From the IMG/VR virus record IMGVR_UViG_3300001199_000001, positions 5,404 through 69,403 of that record: DNA of 64,000 nucleotides; one strand, given 5' to 3'. The DNA comes from a virus. Lineage: Duplodnaviria; Heunggongvirae; Uroviricota; Caudoviricetes. Below, piece after piece: positions 33,534-43,098 of this stretch. Made by a program: the position numbers and the translations under genes. Positions within the stretch are counted from its first letter, which is position 1. Each line of letters starts with the position of its first letter. The notes under the pieces were generated by a model. The model was not told where the DNA came from. It made no database searches and saw only the letters and a list, made by a program, of their open reading frames with translations.

Positions 33534-33934
33534 CAGAAGGTTGCCGTCTTCTCTTCAGCCTTGCCGGGCGTGAGCACGAAAAACTCGTCAGGCCATCCTT
33601 CAGCTTCGAGTCGAAGGACGAGCTTACCGGCCGTGATGTGCTTCGCAATGGTCTGAAATGTATCAGGACCAACGCAACCATAAACCGATACATTGGCTCC
33701 GGAGTACGCTGCTGTTGCTCCATCGGCGTCATACTTCGAGATGAAGACAACTTGCCCTTCGGGCGTCTGATTCACGAAGCCGACAAAGTTTTCGGGCGCG
33801 ACGCTGTCGTACTCTTCGAACAGTAGAAGTTCGCTGACATAAATGTCGTTCTCAAGCTCGGCGTTTAACGCCGCGAGATCGTCGAAAACGACTTCTTCGC
33901 ATTGATGAGTGGAGAGGTATCTTTCGGTCGACAT
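33533..33934 (-). CDS. hypothetical protein
   Basis: 133 aa ORF; AAGGAG RBS. Confidence 0.55.
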   Translation of the reverse strand: MSTERYLSTHQCEEVVFDDLAALNAELENDIYVSELLLFEEYDSVAPENFVGFVNQTPEGQVVFISKYDADGATAAYSGANVSVYGCVGPDTFQTIAKHITAGKLVLRLEAEGWPDEFFVLTPGKAEEKTATF

Positions 33935-34021
33935 CGCTGGCTCCTTGAAGCGCTACGATGTCGACCGTATCAAACCCGTGATGGCTGTCAACACCCGCGT
34001 GTCAGCCATCTTGTCACAGGT

Positions 34022-34423
34022 TTAGGAGCGAAACGTCCCCAGGCCCATGCCCTTGGCGATCTCGCTACGGCGTTTCGCATAGTTAGGGGCGGTCATGGGA
34101 TAATCGGACGGGAGACCCCACTTACGGCGATAAGCTTCCGGCGACATGTCGTAACGCGCGCGGAGGTGACGCTTCAGCATTGTCAGCCGCTTGCCGTCCT
34201 CCAGGCAGACGATATAGTCAGGTTGAATCGACCGCCTGATCGAGACGGCGGGCTCTTTCTGTTCAACAGGCGCTTCATCAGGGGCGTCGAGGGTGGCCAT
34301 AGTGCGATGCACCGAGCGGATCAGTTCCGGTATAGTTTCCACGGGGACCTGATTATTCGCCACGTATGCCGCGACGATATCGGCGCTCATGTGGATAATG
34401 TCTTCACTGCTGTCCGTAGTCAT
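34022..34423 (-). CDS. Ros/MucR-family transcriptional regulator with degenerate zinc finger
   Basis: IVCLEDGKRLTMLKRHLRARYDMSPEAYRRKWGLPSDYPMTAPNYAKRRSEIAKGMGLG vs Ros CLECG..FK.LKRHL..H..TPEEYR.KW.LP.DYPMVAP.YA..RS.LAK.MGLG. Confidence 0.8.
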   Translation of the reverse strand: MTTDSSEDIIHMSADIVAAYVANNQVPVETIPELIRSVHRTMATLDAPDEAPVEQKEPAVSIRRSIQPDYIVCLEDGKRLTMLKRHLRARYDMSPEAYRRKWGLPSDYPMTAPNYAKRRSEIAKGMGLGTFRS

Positions 34424-34460
34424 ATGCTAAACCTCGCTAAGATTGCCCAAAATGGGACGA

Positions 34461-34634
34461 TTAGTTTCCGTTGATTCCTCGCATGGTCGCAACCCATGCC
34501 TTATTCAGTTCGTCGATACTCTTCATGATGTCGTCGGCCGTGGGAAACGGACCGATATCATGGCCGATACAGGTGTCGCGATAATACCATCCCTTTTCGG
34601 TCTGCCAGTACTGCTGTCCACGATAATTATCCAT
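34461..34634 (-). CDS. hypothetical 57-aa protein
   Basis: MDNYRGQQYWQTEKGWYYRDTCIGHDIGPF...; C-terminal part of track ORF 34461..34913. Confidence 0.4.
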   Translation of the reverse strand: MDNYRGQQYWQTEKGWYYRDTCIGHDIGPFPTADDIMKSIDELNKAWVATMRGINGN

Positions 34635-35112
34635 TGGTGAGTCTCTTGAGGTATTCCCACGCTTGTTTCGTCCACCGCGCATCGTCGAGGGCATTATGGA
34701 CAGTGCCCTCGTGTTTTGGGAGCCGGAGCGCAGGATTGAGCATGTAGCGCCATTGCTGGATATCAAGACAGAACATCGGGAAGTGTTTCGGTGATTGCAC
34801 CATCGAGCCGAACAGCCAACAGAAAGCGACCCAATCATAGCTAGCGAAGTAGGCCCAGAACTCTGGATGCTTGTCGTCACCGATGAAATTGAGAACAGCA
34901 GGCCCGATCTCATGATAAGGCATGAGCACGTCGCCGCCGCTTAACAGTGGTTTGATGTTGGCTTGTATCCAGTGTTCCGCCGGGACTTCGCCCCAGACGA
35001 AATCGGCATTCTCAGCGTAGAATTCCCGCCCGTCCTCAGCGACGATCCCAAGCGAGATGAGGTGCAGTCGGCCGGGACGGTCCCAGAATTCCGTGTCGAT
35101 GAAGTATCTCAT
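34627..35112 (-). CDS. DEDDh 3'-5' exonuclease (DnaQ/oligoribonuclease-like)
   Basis: FIDTEF...LISLGIV; H.ALDDA motif. Confidence 0.7.
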   Translation of the reverse strand: MRYFIDTEFWDRPGRLHLISLGIVAEDGREFYAENADFVWGEVPAEHWIQANIKPLLSGGDVLMPYHEIGPAVLNFIGDDKHPEFWAYFASYDWVAFCWLFGSMVQSPKHFPMFCLDIQQWRYMLNPALRLPKHEGTVHNALDDARWTKQAWEYLKRLTNG

Positions 35113-35396
35113 GATCCCTCGGGCGGCGTATAAAGTTGTTCAGGAGCGGTGGTAAAGAAAACCCCCTTAAAGGGATCACCCATAAACCGGCGTGCATCGC
35201 GCTGCATCAGGACGCTCCAGCCGTGCGGGGCTTCATATTGATCGACTAGCTCGCGGAGAGCTTCGATGCGCGACGCGGCAGTTTCCAGCAGATGAGCCAA
35301 TTGCGGCCAATCCTGCTCGCGCACGTCGAAGGCGCGCGCGTAGTCACGCAAGCGCTCAGCAATCTCTGCGTCAGTCATCCGCGTGGTCACGTTCAA
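35109..35396 (-). CDS. hypothetical protein
   Basis: 95 aa ORF. Confidence 0.5.
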   Translation of the reverse strand: MNVTTRMTDAEIAERLRDYARAFDVREQDWPQLAHLLETAASRIEALRELVDQYEAPHGWSVLMQRDARRFMGDPFKGVFFTTAPEQLYTPPEGS

Positions 35397-35610
35397 AACG
35401 CGCGACGTTTGTTCCGTCAGGGAAAGCGCGCAGCGGATTGTCGATCCGCACGCCGATTATCTCCCTTGTTTCCATGTCGTAAAGGATCGACAGCGAATGA
35501 TCGATGTGGCGCACGAAGGACGGCCGGTCGGTTGTCGCGTACTCCAGCGCGTCAGCGAGAGGGTAATAAATCGGGACTGGGACGTAGACAGGCCCTAGGT
35601 GTTTGATCAT
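35371..35610 (-). CDS. hypothetical protein
   Basis: 79 aa ORF. Confidence 0.45.
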   Translation of the reverse strand: MIKHLGPVYVPVPIYYPLADALEYATTDRPSFVRHIDHSLSILYDMETREIIGVRIDNPLRAFPDGTNVARFERDHADD

Positions 35611-35816
35611 GGCTTTACCGTCCTCCCACAGCGAATGCAGACATCGCCAAGATAGCGATCAACGATTAGGTATTCCGCATCGGCTGATATGAACATACTA
35701 TCCCCATTGGCGAGCGCTTCGATTTGATCGGCGCTAGGTGTGACCTTCTCGTAACGCGGCTGAAAACGACATCCGAATAGTTTGCCCTGCTTCTCGCAGG
35801 AGATCATGTTAACCAC
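35607..35816 (-). CDS. hypothetical protein
   Basis: 69 aa ORF. Confidence 0.45.
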   Translation of the reverse strand: MVNMISCEKQGKLFGCRFQPRYEKVTPSADQIEALANGDSMFISADAEYLIVDRYLGDVCIRCGRTVKP

Positions 35817-36993
35817 ACTGAAGCTCCGGATAGCCCACTAGACGCGCCCTTTGATAGAAGGGCAGGTGCTCGGCGATGACAGTTTTGAAGACCCACGCGC
35901 TGACCTGTTTCTTCATGTCAGCGACTTTGACTTTACGTTCTTCAGTGTCTCCTGTCAACACTTGCAGGACATCGTCGAGTGCTTGGATTTGCATTTCGGT
36001 GCGTTTCTTCGGCAGGAACGGCTCAAGCCATTCCTGCTGATAAGCGCTATCATCGCGAACGTGCGCGTTGCCGATCTTGAGGATTTCTTCTTCCTCGCCC
36101 GCCTTGATATGCATGATCAACGAGCCGACGTGATCGAGCAGCGGTACGCCCGGCGTATTGATGCAGATTTCACAGAGCATTAGATCGGGGTGGGTTTTAT
36201 CGAACACCGCCAGAGCACGGTGGCCACCATGACTCTCAGTCAGCGACGAATGCCGCTTGATCTCGTAAATCGCGTGCTGCCCTTCGACGCGGATCGCCTG
36301 CCCAGCGATAAACATGCGCGTCGTCTCTGGTCCCATCAGCCGTTCAAAAAACCTGATCGACCGCTTGATCACGCGTCGGGCCGCCCTTTGTCGTTCCTTA
36401 AGCAGGTCCCGGACAACTTCGATGTCGTCATCATAATTGGCGTGTACACGCGGGCTCTGGGCTTGGCGCAGGAGGCGATGGTAAGCTTCTCGGCTGGCTT
36501 GGTAGCGCTCATCGACCATCGCCCTCACGGCGTGCATGTCGTCGACTGTGGCTGTGCGGAAATCACTGGCCGAGCGTCGAAGAGCGCGCCGGATTACTTC
36601 AAGCGATGTCGCCGCGCAGTATCGGTCTTCGACAGCTTGCAGGGCTTTCGCCCCCCAGCGAGCAAAGCCGTTGTCCACAGAATGACTAGCCATCGTTAGG
36701 ATGGATTCAGACAGCATGTGACGGAGAGCCATAGCGCCCTGCATCGACGCCAGCAGTCGCTCGGGTGGGTTCTGCGCCCGCCAGCCTATATAACGCTCTT
36801 CGAGGTGCAGACCCATCGCCACCAGCCCGCGCCAGTGCGGTGACTGCGGGCCGTCGCGACAGAGTCCTTCGGTCTCGTCCATAACGGCGTTGGCGTTCGG
36901 CTCCAACTCCATCATCCAGTAGTAGGTGTCGCCAGCGATATGCCCGGCCTCCATGGCGCCGTCGAGCACGTACTGAACGTCAGGCGCGGGCAT
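35809..36993 (-). CDS. hypothetical protein
   Basis: 394 aa ORF. Confidence 0.65.
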   Translation of the reverse strand: MPAPDVQYVLDGAMEAGHIAGDTYYWMMELEPNANAVMDETEGLCRDGPQSPHWRGLVAMGLHLEERYIGWRAQNPPERLLASMQGAMALRHMLSESILTMASHSVDNGFARWGAKALQAVEDRYCAATSLEVIRRALRRSASDFRTATVDDMHAVRAMVDERYQASREAYHRLLRQAQSPRVHANYDDDIEVVRDLLKERQRAARRVIKRSIRFFERLMGPETTRMFIAGQAIRVEGQHAIYEIKRHSSLTESHGGHRALAVFDKTHPDLMLCEICINTPGVPLLDHVGSLIMHIKAGEEEEILKIGNAHVRDDSAYQQEWLEPFLPKKRTEMQIQALDDVLQVLTGDTEERKVKVADMKKQVSAWVFKTVIAEHLPFYQRARLVGYPELQCG

Positions 36994-37430
36994 CAGCTAT
37001 AAGGAACGAATTCTTCGTGATCGTCGACTATCCGGACATAGCCATTCGCCCCCTTGCCGCCAGAACGGGCGTAGCTGATACCGCCGTCGAGCATGACGAA
37101 GTTGTCACCCTCACCGCCCGTGACATAGTCGTGGCGGTAGCGGGTGCAGATGTACGTCCCGTCTTCGAATCTATGGGCCGGATACTTGGCCTCAAGGATC
37201 GACTTGGCGTTGGTTAGGTAAATCGTAGGTGGAACGTCGATATCCACGTAGTGCTCAAAGACCCCAAGATAATTCGAGTGGCCTAAATCGACCTTCGGGT
37301 TGGCCTGATAGAAGACGTAAATATGCTCGCGCTCGGTATCCTTGCCGTCCTTGGTCTTGGCCGGGATGTCGTAGAAGCCGATGTATTTGACACCGTATTT
37401 TTCTTCAACGACTTCGGTGTTAATTCCCAT
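36993..37430 (-). CDS. hypothetical protein
   Basis: GGAAGGA RBS before ATG 37430. Confidence 0.55.
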   Translation of the reverse strand: MGINTEVVEEKYGVKYIGFYDIPAKTKDGKDTEREHIYVFYQANPKVDLGHSNYLGVFEHYVDIDVPPTIYLTNAKSILEAKYPAHRFEDGTYICTRYRHDYVTGGEGDNFVMLDGGISYARSGGKGANGYVRIVDDHEEFVPYS

Positions 37431-37692
37431 GGGTTGATTCCTTCCGGCGCTGTTTACCAAAGGCGAGGCTCAAGCCTACACCCAGCCATTCGAAGATGAA
37501 CGCCTCCCGCTCGTAGGTGCTCACGATGCTGGTCTCACCGACTTCCCGCACTGGCTCGCCGTCAGCGTAGCAGGGAAACCAACAGACCTCGACACGCGGG
37601 AAGATGTGTCCAAACACGGCGTACCCGTAGAATAAGAGAATCCCATCGTGGCTGCGCTTGAAACCGCGATATTCCGGATCGATATAATACAT
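37420..37692 (-). CDS. hypothetical protein
   Basis: 90 aa ORF. Confidence 0.45.
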   Translation of the reverse strand: MYYIDPEYRGFKRSHDGILLFYGYAVFGHIFPRVEVCWFPCYADGEPVREVGETSIVSTYEREAFIFEWLGVGLSLAFGKQRRKESTHGN

Positions 37693-38072
37693 CAGCCGCC
37701 TTTCAGAGGACGCACGCCGACAGCGCTTCTAGCAGCGATGACTTCCTGAGCCGTAGAGGCTACCGGACCGCTGTCGTAAGCGTCGGACGCGACCCGCGTC
37801 AGTTCGATCTTACCAGCGGCGAACAACTGCTCAAGAGAGTCATCCTCGATCTTGACTTTCTGTTCTTTAAGCTCTTTCAAATTTGTCAGGCGCGTACGGC
37901 GATGGAAGGATGAGTGAAGGATGGGCTTGATGATGAAAAACCGCACGCCTTCCTGCATCTTCTTCTCGATAACGGCGCGCATCGCCTCATCGTGTTCTTT
38001 GTCCCACGCGATCTCAATGTCGCCCATTTCATTCATCAGAACGATGTGACGTGTACCGCTGCCTTCACTCAT
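37692..38072 (-). CDS. hypothetical protein
   Basis: 126 aa ORF. Confidence 0.55.
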   Translation of the reverse strand: MSEGSGTRHIVLMNEMGDIEIAWDKEHDEAMRAVIEKKMQEGVRFFIIKPILHSSFHRRTRLTNLKELKEQKVKIEDDSLEQLFAAGKIELTRVASDAYDSGPVASTAQEVIAARSAVGVRPLKGG

Positions 38073-38391
38073 TGGAAGTTTCCTCTGGTGCTGCGCCGGG
38101 CTCTTCAGGCGCCGTTTCCTCGACGAGTGTTTCGTCGGGCGGGGTTTCCTCGACCGGCGCTAGATCAGGGGCAGCCACCGGGAGGGTGGCCTGTAGGCGG
38201 CGCATCGCCTCCTCCAGCATGAACTGGCGGACGTAAGCTCCCTCTTCCCTGGCTTTACCGACGTGCGGCTTTAAATAACCGTCAATTAGTTTCTGCGTCG
38301 ATAATCCAGCCCAATATGAACGGCTGGTTTTTGAGACTTCGTCGGTCATCGAATACGCAACTCCGGATGAGCGATAAAAACTTCTTCCCAA
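38065..38391 (-). CDS. hypothetical protein with acidic Pro/Glu-rich C-terminus
   Basis: 108 aa ORF. Confidence 0.5.
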   Translation of the reverse strand: MGRSFYRSSGVAYSMTDEVSKTSRSYWAGLSTQKLIDGYLKPHVGKAREEGAYVRQFMLEEAMRRLQATLPVAAPDLAPVEETPPDETLVEETAPEEPGAAPEETSNE

Positions 38392-39035
38392 ATCGCTGCG
38401 TACACATCCTCATCCAGCCGCCGTTTGACGGCCTTAATGAACAAACGTTCTGCGCTTCGGTCGCGCGCCTCGAACTCGGCTGCACGTTCTTGCCGCCTTA
38501 TCTCCCCTGCCTTTTGTTGAAGGCTGTTACGGAGCGCGTTCGCCTTAGCGAGGACGCCGCTTGCCCGACGCAGCCAGTCGGTGTCGCGCACCTCGACAGC
38601 AAGGCCTTTTTCGTCATCGATCTCGTTTCGCAGTTCTGCGGTTTCTTCACGCAGCCATTCAAGAGCACGCTCCACGGCTTCCACCGTGGTCAGAGCCTGT
38701 ACATCGAATTTGTCGAAAACCTCAATGAACTGAGCGACTCTAGGATGGACGACACGGGGGATAGGCGGATCGCTCTCTTCCACTACGGGCGGAGCTACAG
38801 CGGCCAATCGCTGAGCGACAGCCTTACGGGTGACCCTATGGATAACCAAGGCTGAGATCGCCCGTGCTTCCCAGTCCTGCGAATCATTACTGGAGTGCTC
38901 AAGCGCCGTCTCGATCTTGGTCGCCTCGAAGTCGATGTGGTCGAGCAGGTCTTGAAGCTCTTCCACAGAGGTGATGGCGTTGATATCGGCCTTCGACGGC
39001 AAACGACGACGATCACGTAAAGCTTGATTTTGCAT
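38346..39035 (-). CDS. coiled-coil protein
   Basis: 229 aa ORF. Confidence 0.55.
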   Translation of the reverse strand: MQNQALRDRRRLPSKADINAITSVEELQDLLDHIDFEATKIETALEHSSNDSQDWEARAISALVIHRVTRKAVAQRLAAVAPPVVEESDPPIPRVVHPRVAQFIEVFDKFDVQALTTVEAVERALEWLREETAELRNEIDDEKGLAVEVRDTDWLRRASGVLAKANALRNSLQQKAGEIRRQERAAEFEARDRSAERLFIKAVKRRLDEDVYAAIWEEVFIAHPELRIR

Positions 39036-39112
39036 GGCTGCCCTTTAATGGGTCCGATTGCCGTCGGACTCATTGTGTTGTTTTATGTCAAGCCCTGCGC
39101 GCTGTCAACGCT

Positions 39113-39466
39113 TTATCTACCCACCAACCGCTCAGCTTCGACAAGGTCGCCGTGCCTCACTCGCACGGTCAGTTCGGCCACATCATCCGCCTTGTGTCCC
39201 CGCCAGCTACTGAAATAATCCAACAGGGTCGTGAGGGATGAACGAAGCGCTTTGACCCTTGATGGAACGCAGTTCACGTCCTCAGGCCAACCTAAAGCCG
39301 CCTTGATTTTGTCACCGCCCAAAGCTGCTTGATCACAGTCTTCAATCGACTTGCCGTAAGTCACGACATGGGTATTTTTCCCATCCCATGCACAGATAAT
39401 AACCTGACGCAGCACATGCGTTTCGGCGAATGAACGTGCGGCTGAGATGGGGATGTTCTTGGGCAT
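39113..39466 (-). CDS. hypothetical protein
   Basis: 117 aa ORF. Confidence 0.5.
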   Translation of the reverse strand: MPKNIPISAARSFAETHVLRQVIICAWDGKNTHVVTYGKSIEDCDQAALGGDKIKAALGWPEDVNCVPSRVKALRSSLTTLLDYFSSWRGHKADDVAELTVRVRHGDLVEAERLVGR

Positions 39467-39468
39467 GG

Positions 39469-39702
39469 TCAGATTTCCTGGGAAAGAATTTCGATGCCGT
39501 CCTTGACCGCCTTGATCTGTCCGGTCAGTTGCTCGCGCTCGGCCCGCAACTGATCGACATCCGACGCGAAATCGTCATGTTGCAGGTAATCTTCGATCAG
39601 AAGGTCGGTGTCGGATACTTCCCGCTCCAGGGATTTCAGGACTTCCTTCAGTCCCTCAACGACGTGATCAGGAACGCGTTGGCCGCCGCCGATGATATAC
39701 AT
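39469..39702 (-). CDS. hypothetical coiled-coil protein
   Basis: 77 aa ORF. Confidence 0.5.
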   Translation of the reverse strand: MYIIGGGQRVPDHVVEGLKEVLKSLEREVSDTDLLIEDYLQHDDFASDVDQLRAEREQLTGQIKAVKDGIEILSQEI

Positions 39703-39989
39703 TATGCAAGCCTCAAGGCGTAGACCTGCACTGGGTCCGGGCCGAAGTGGGGGTGTGTTATGATCTTGATTTCAAAGCCGCGCCACGGAAGCTCGATGCG
39801 GCGTTCCTTATCGTCCTTTGCGGGGTAGCCTTTGGTCAGGACGATCTTATCGTAAGAAAACCGCTCGAAGCGGTTTTTCCAGTATGCGTTTACCAGCCTG
39901 TATTCTTCTATTTTTGTACCGTCCTTGACTTCGTCGAAATACGCAGCCTTCAAGGCTAAGTTCATTGTACGCTTCACAAAATCACCCAT
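39702..39989 (-). CDS. ASCH-like domain protein (second copy of PUA-like fold); start uncertain
   Basis: MNLALKAAYFDEVKDGTKIEEYR...IVLTKGY; ORF open from 40148. Confidence 0.45.
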   Translation of the reverse strand: MGDFVKRTMNLALKAAYFDEVKDGTKIEEYRLVNAYWKNRFERFSYDKIVLTKGYPAKDDKERRIELPWRGFEIKIITHPHFGPDPVQVYALRLA

Positions 39990-40614
39990 AGATTTCTTCG
40001 AGAACTTGCACACATAGACTGAGGTCAAACTCGTCCTGTTCGTTGCGGACCTTTGTCTCCATATCGATCCAATACGGCGCGCCGTTCGCGGCGTCTGCGA
40101 TAAGCGACCAATCGTAACCCGGCCCGAGACCGCCTGCGTAACCGACAAGCCGCTGTGGGTTCACCGCGCGCGGCCAACGCGTCGGAGTCTCGCCGCGCCC
40201 GCCGGACGTGTCGTACAGCCAATCGACTTCGGCATCTTCCGGGAACACATCCTCACGGGCCTGCAAGATCGCTCGAACGTTGTGGGTCCCTGCCCACAGC
40301 CCGACCTGAAAGGGGTTAGCGGAGCCGAAGATATTGACCTGCGCCCGCTTATAACCGCGAATGTCTATGTCGCGGTGATTGCCTAAGTGCGCGATGACCT
40401 TGGCGTCCGCACCACATATATGAGCCGAACAGGTGAGACGACTGATGCCGAAGGCTTCGAAGCGCTCACGGGTCGGGTATCTCGCTGTCCCTGCGCGTTT
40501 ACCTGAATAGAGAATACCCCATTCAACGGGATAATCTCGCTCGATGGACCGCATCTCGTGGAAGTCGGTCTTATCATCGGCCCCGGTAAAGGTAACGAAC
40601 TGCGGCCTATGCAT
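39982..40614 (-). CDS. hypothetical protein
   Basis: 210 aa ORF. Confidence 0.55.
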   Translation of the reverse strand: MHRPQFVTFTGADDKTDFHEMRSIERDYPVEWGILYSGKRAGTARYPTRERFEAFGISRLTCSAHICGADAKVIAHLGNHRDIDIRGYKRAQVNIFGSANPFQVGLWAGTHNVRAILQAREDVFPEDAEVDWLYDTSGGRGETPTRWPRAVNPQRLVGYAGGLGPGYDWSLIADAANGAPYWIDMETKVRNEQDEFDLSLCVQVLEEIYG

Positions 40615-40804
40615 AAGCGTCTTCCAGTCTGACGATGCGTTTCACGACATGGTGCCTGCGGTGTAGCAGCCAGCGCTGGACCATGCTCTTGGCGTCGAGG
40701 TCGTCCCGCGCTTCAATGACCTTCTCGAAAGGCTCATCCATCCCATCGGGATTGAACCGCGACGGCGGTACGACCATGCGGCCGATCAGGCGAAATTTCA
40801 TCAT
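40607..40804 (-). CDS. hypothetical protein
   Basis: 65 aa ORF. Confidence 0.45.
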   Translation of the reverse strand: MMKFRLIGRMVVPPSRFNPDGMDEPFEKVIEARDDLDAKSMVQRWLLHRRHHVVKRIVRLEDAYA

Positions 40805-40956
40805 ACTGATTCATCCAACACGATGCTGATCCATGCCTCGCGCATTTCGTATTGATCTCCGGTGTCCATTTCGTCCCACACTGCGTCGAACCCCTTCCGG
40901 TCGGTGAGGTTGTCGATCAACTCCGTAACGATGGCGGCGGCTTCACGGCGGGTCAT
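40801..40956 (-). CDS. hypothetical 51-aa acidic protein
   Basis: MTRREAAAIVTELIDNLTDRKGFDAVWDEMD...; ATGA overlaps at both ends. Confidence 0.4.
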   Translation of the reverse strand: MTRREAAAIVTELIDNLTDRKGFDAVWDEMDTGDQYEMREAWISIVLDESV

Positions 40957-41645
40957 GCAGATTTCCTCGGATCGAAAAGAACGCCTGACTCACCCACTCC
41001 ACTCCATTCACGGGCGTTGCTGGCAGGCTCGTAGAGTTCTCTGAGCGCCCGGATAGAAGTTGGCGAGTCGACATGCAGGATACCAATCCCACCCTTCTCT
41101 GCCCACGTCCGGACATTATCGATTCGGTCATCGATGAGAATTTGATGGTCCGAATGTTTACGGTTCATGAACTGCCACTTGCGAGCCGATGTGGTGCAGA
41201 CGAATCGCCCGTCCGGAATCGGTACTGAATCCCATGGCCGCGTGTGCGCGTCCTCATCGGCCCTGGCTGCTTCCACCTCACGCAGAAGATGGCATTCGAC
41301 CCAGCGCCGCTTATGATAAGCCGCACCTAGCCAATACGGGTTGAGGAAATAGTCATCTTCGGTACCGCCGAACTTTGGAGCCGCCGTCAGGATGATCGGA
41401 TCGGCCGCCGCCACCGCCGCGTAGAGGTCGACGGCGCCCGGCAATAAGGGCAGGGTAAAGTAGAAGTCGGTCCCCTTGACCGTCTCGTACATTTCCCGCT
41501 TCAGCGGATGACTGGTGCCTGACCGGTTCAGATCAAGCTTCACGCTTGGGTCGATAAAGTAGCCGAACCGTTCCATACCCTTGTTGTAGTCGGCGAGGAC
41601 GCCGTCTAGATCGAGGTAGATCGCGTAATCGGCGAGGTTTGTCAT
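40953..41645 (-). CDS. HAD-superfamily 5'(3')-deoxyribonucleotidase (NT5C-like)
   Basis: IYLDLDGVLADY motif I; leaderless start at second ATG. Confidence 0.65.
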   Translation of the reverse strand: MTNLADYAIYLDLDGVLADYNKGMERFGYFIDPSVKLDLNRSGTSHPLKREMYETVKGTDFYFTLPLLPGAVDLYAAVAAADPIILTAAPKFGGTEDDYFLNPYWLGAAYHKRRWVECHLLREVEAARADEDAHTRPWDSVPIPDGRFVCTTSARKWQFMNRKHSDHQILIDDRIDNVRTWAEKGGIGILHVDSPTSIRALRELYEPASNAREWSGVGESGVLFDPRKSA

Positions 41646-41651
41646 ATGTGC

Positions 41652-41680
41652 ATATGACAAACAAACGTGTCCGCTGTCAA
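41652..41680 (-). promoter_or_regulatory. sigma70-like promoter TTGACA-N17-TCATAT, 6 nt before ATG (leaderless)
   Basis: minus TTGACA = plus 41675-41680; -10 = plus 41652-41657; ATG 41645. Confidence 0.55.
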
Positions 41681-41684
41681 CTAT

Positions 41685-42005
41685 TCACTGAGGGATCAAT
41701 TCGCCCGCATGAGACAAGGCGAGCATTGACACAGCGAACATCGTATTCGGGCGCGACTGAAACCCACGCCGTTCAAAAACAATTTCAGCCTGTTCTTCGA
41801 ATGCGTCGAACGAGGTGATGTACTCGCGATAATGCCGTCCGGCAGTAAGGTAAGTGTCGACAACGACACTCGGCATCAAACTGGGATTGGCGCGGAACAA
41901 GGTGCTGAGTTTTTGCCAATCGCCTTTCGCGGCAAAGCGGTCGATGGCCGCCATCACCGATGCAAGGTTTTGACTCGATATCTCGATGTCGTCCAATCTA
42001 TGCAT
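41685..42005 (-). CDS. hypothetical protein
   Basis: start MHRLDD; ORF open to 42044. Confidence 0.5.
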   Translation of the reverse strand: MHRLDDIEISSQNLASVMAAIDRFAAKGDWQKLSTLFRANPSLMPSVVVDTYLTAGRHYREYITSFDAFEEQAEIVFERRGFQSRPNTMFAVSMLALSHAGELIPQ

Positions 42006-42046
42006 GTCGGTATCCCTGACTTCCCATGTCAGAATACATTGCATAG

Positions 42047-42811
42047 TTAGGGGATCGACGCCAGTCGCAATGTTCCGTGTCGCGGAAAATTCACTGCGTC
42101 TACAGTCGAGCTTCCAGTAGCTTGGCAGCAGATGATCGCAGAAGGCCCGCCGCCGTTCCCGTTAAACACGCCGACAGCTAAGTTACCGCTGGCGAATGCT
42201 TCTGAATCGAGATTGGTCCGCCAAGATAATACTAAGGGAAGGCCGTCCTGTTTACCCTCTTCGTATGGCGTATGGCCGTGGACGATGTGAGGCCAGTCCG
42301 GGAAACCCGCTTCACTATTCAAGAAGAGGCCTCTGATCCACATCATCGTATTTGCGTCTTGCTCGGTTAAAGGCACGTGAGGCCTAAAGCCTGCATGCAC
42401 GAATACTCGCCCGGCTTTTTCGACGACGTAGGGTAGGTTCTCGATCCACCGAATGTGGGCGGACGGGATCAGTGGCCAGTAGTTGGGCTTACCCCATCCG
42501 ACCTCGCCACCGTAGCTCTCAATGGCCATTTCCCCACCGTTGTCCTGCCAGAAGCGAACCTCTGAACGTGTACGGAGGGTGTAAGCCTCAAGCATCAACT
42601 GCTCGTGGTTGCCCCGTAGGCAGGTGACATTATCCTGCGTCGATAGCTCGATCAGCTTGTCTAGAACCTGCTTCGATTGCGGGCCACGGTCGACGTAGTC
42701 GCCTAGAAAGACGATCTCATGCTCTTGCCCCGACGCGTGAGCGGCAATCGCGTCGAGCGCCTGCGTCAGCAGATCATACCGTCCGTGGATATCGCCGATA
42801 GCGAAAATCAT
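42047..42811 (-). CDS. PPP-family Ser/Thr protein phosphatase (lambda phosphatase/ApaH-like metallophosphoesterase)
   Basis: IGDIHGRYD...VFLGDYVDRGP...LRGNHE motifs. Confidence 0.75.
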   Translation of the reverse strand: MIFAIGDIHGRYDLLTQALDAIAAHASGQEHEIVFLGDYVDRGPQSKQVLDKLIELSTQDNVTCLRGNHEQLMLEAYTLRTRSEVRFWQDNGGEMAIESYGGEVGWGKPNYWPLIPSAHIRWIENLPYVVEKAGRVFVHAGFRPHVPLTEQDANTMMWIRGLFLNSEAGFPDWPHIVHGHTPYEEGKQDGLPLVLSWRTNLDSEAFASGNLAVGVFNGNGGGPSAIICCQATGSSTVDAVNFPRHGTLRLASIP

Positions 42812-43098
42812 GAGCCGTCTTCCAGCAAGGCTTCCTCAATCCAACGTTCTATAACTTCCAACACAAGATGCGCTGTGACATCACCGCACATTTCTTCTTC
42901 GACTTTGGCTGCCCTAACATCATCATCACGGTGGAGAGACGGGATGGGCATCATCGCCGACAAGGCGGCGGTGGCTAGGACGCGGCAACCGGAGCCGCTG
43001 AATTCGTCGCGGACTGTATCGCAGTCCTTACACGGAAAGGCGCGCACGCAGTGGGTATGCTTCGAGATGCTGAGAGCGACGCGGTTAAGCAGCGTCAT
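42808..43098 (-). CDS. hypothetical Cys-containing protein
   Basis: 96 aa ORF. Confidence 0.5.
   Translation of the reverse strand: MTLLNRVALSISKHTHCVRAFPCKDCDTVRDEFSGSGCRVLATAALSAMMPIPSLHRDDDVRAAKVEEEMCGDVTAHLVLEVIERWIEEALLEDGS

Noticed and set aside
34461-34913. Long minus-strand 150-aa ORF overlapping the exonuclease gene
   Set aside because: Only its last 57 codons (34461-34634, starting at ATG 34634) lie outside the DEDDh exonuclease gene. The upstream part is the alternative frame of that gene.
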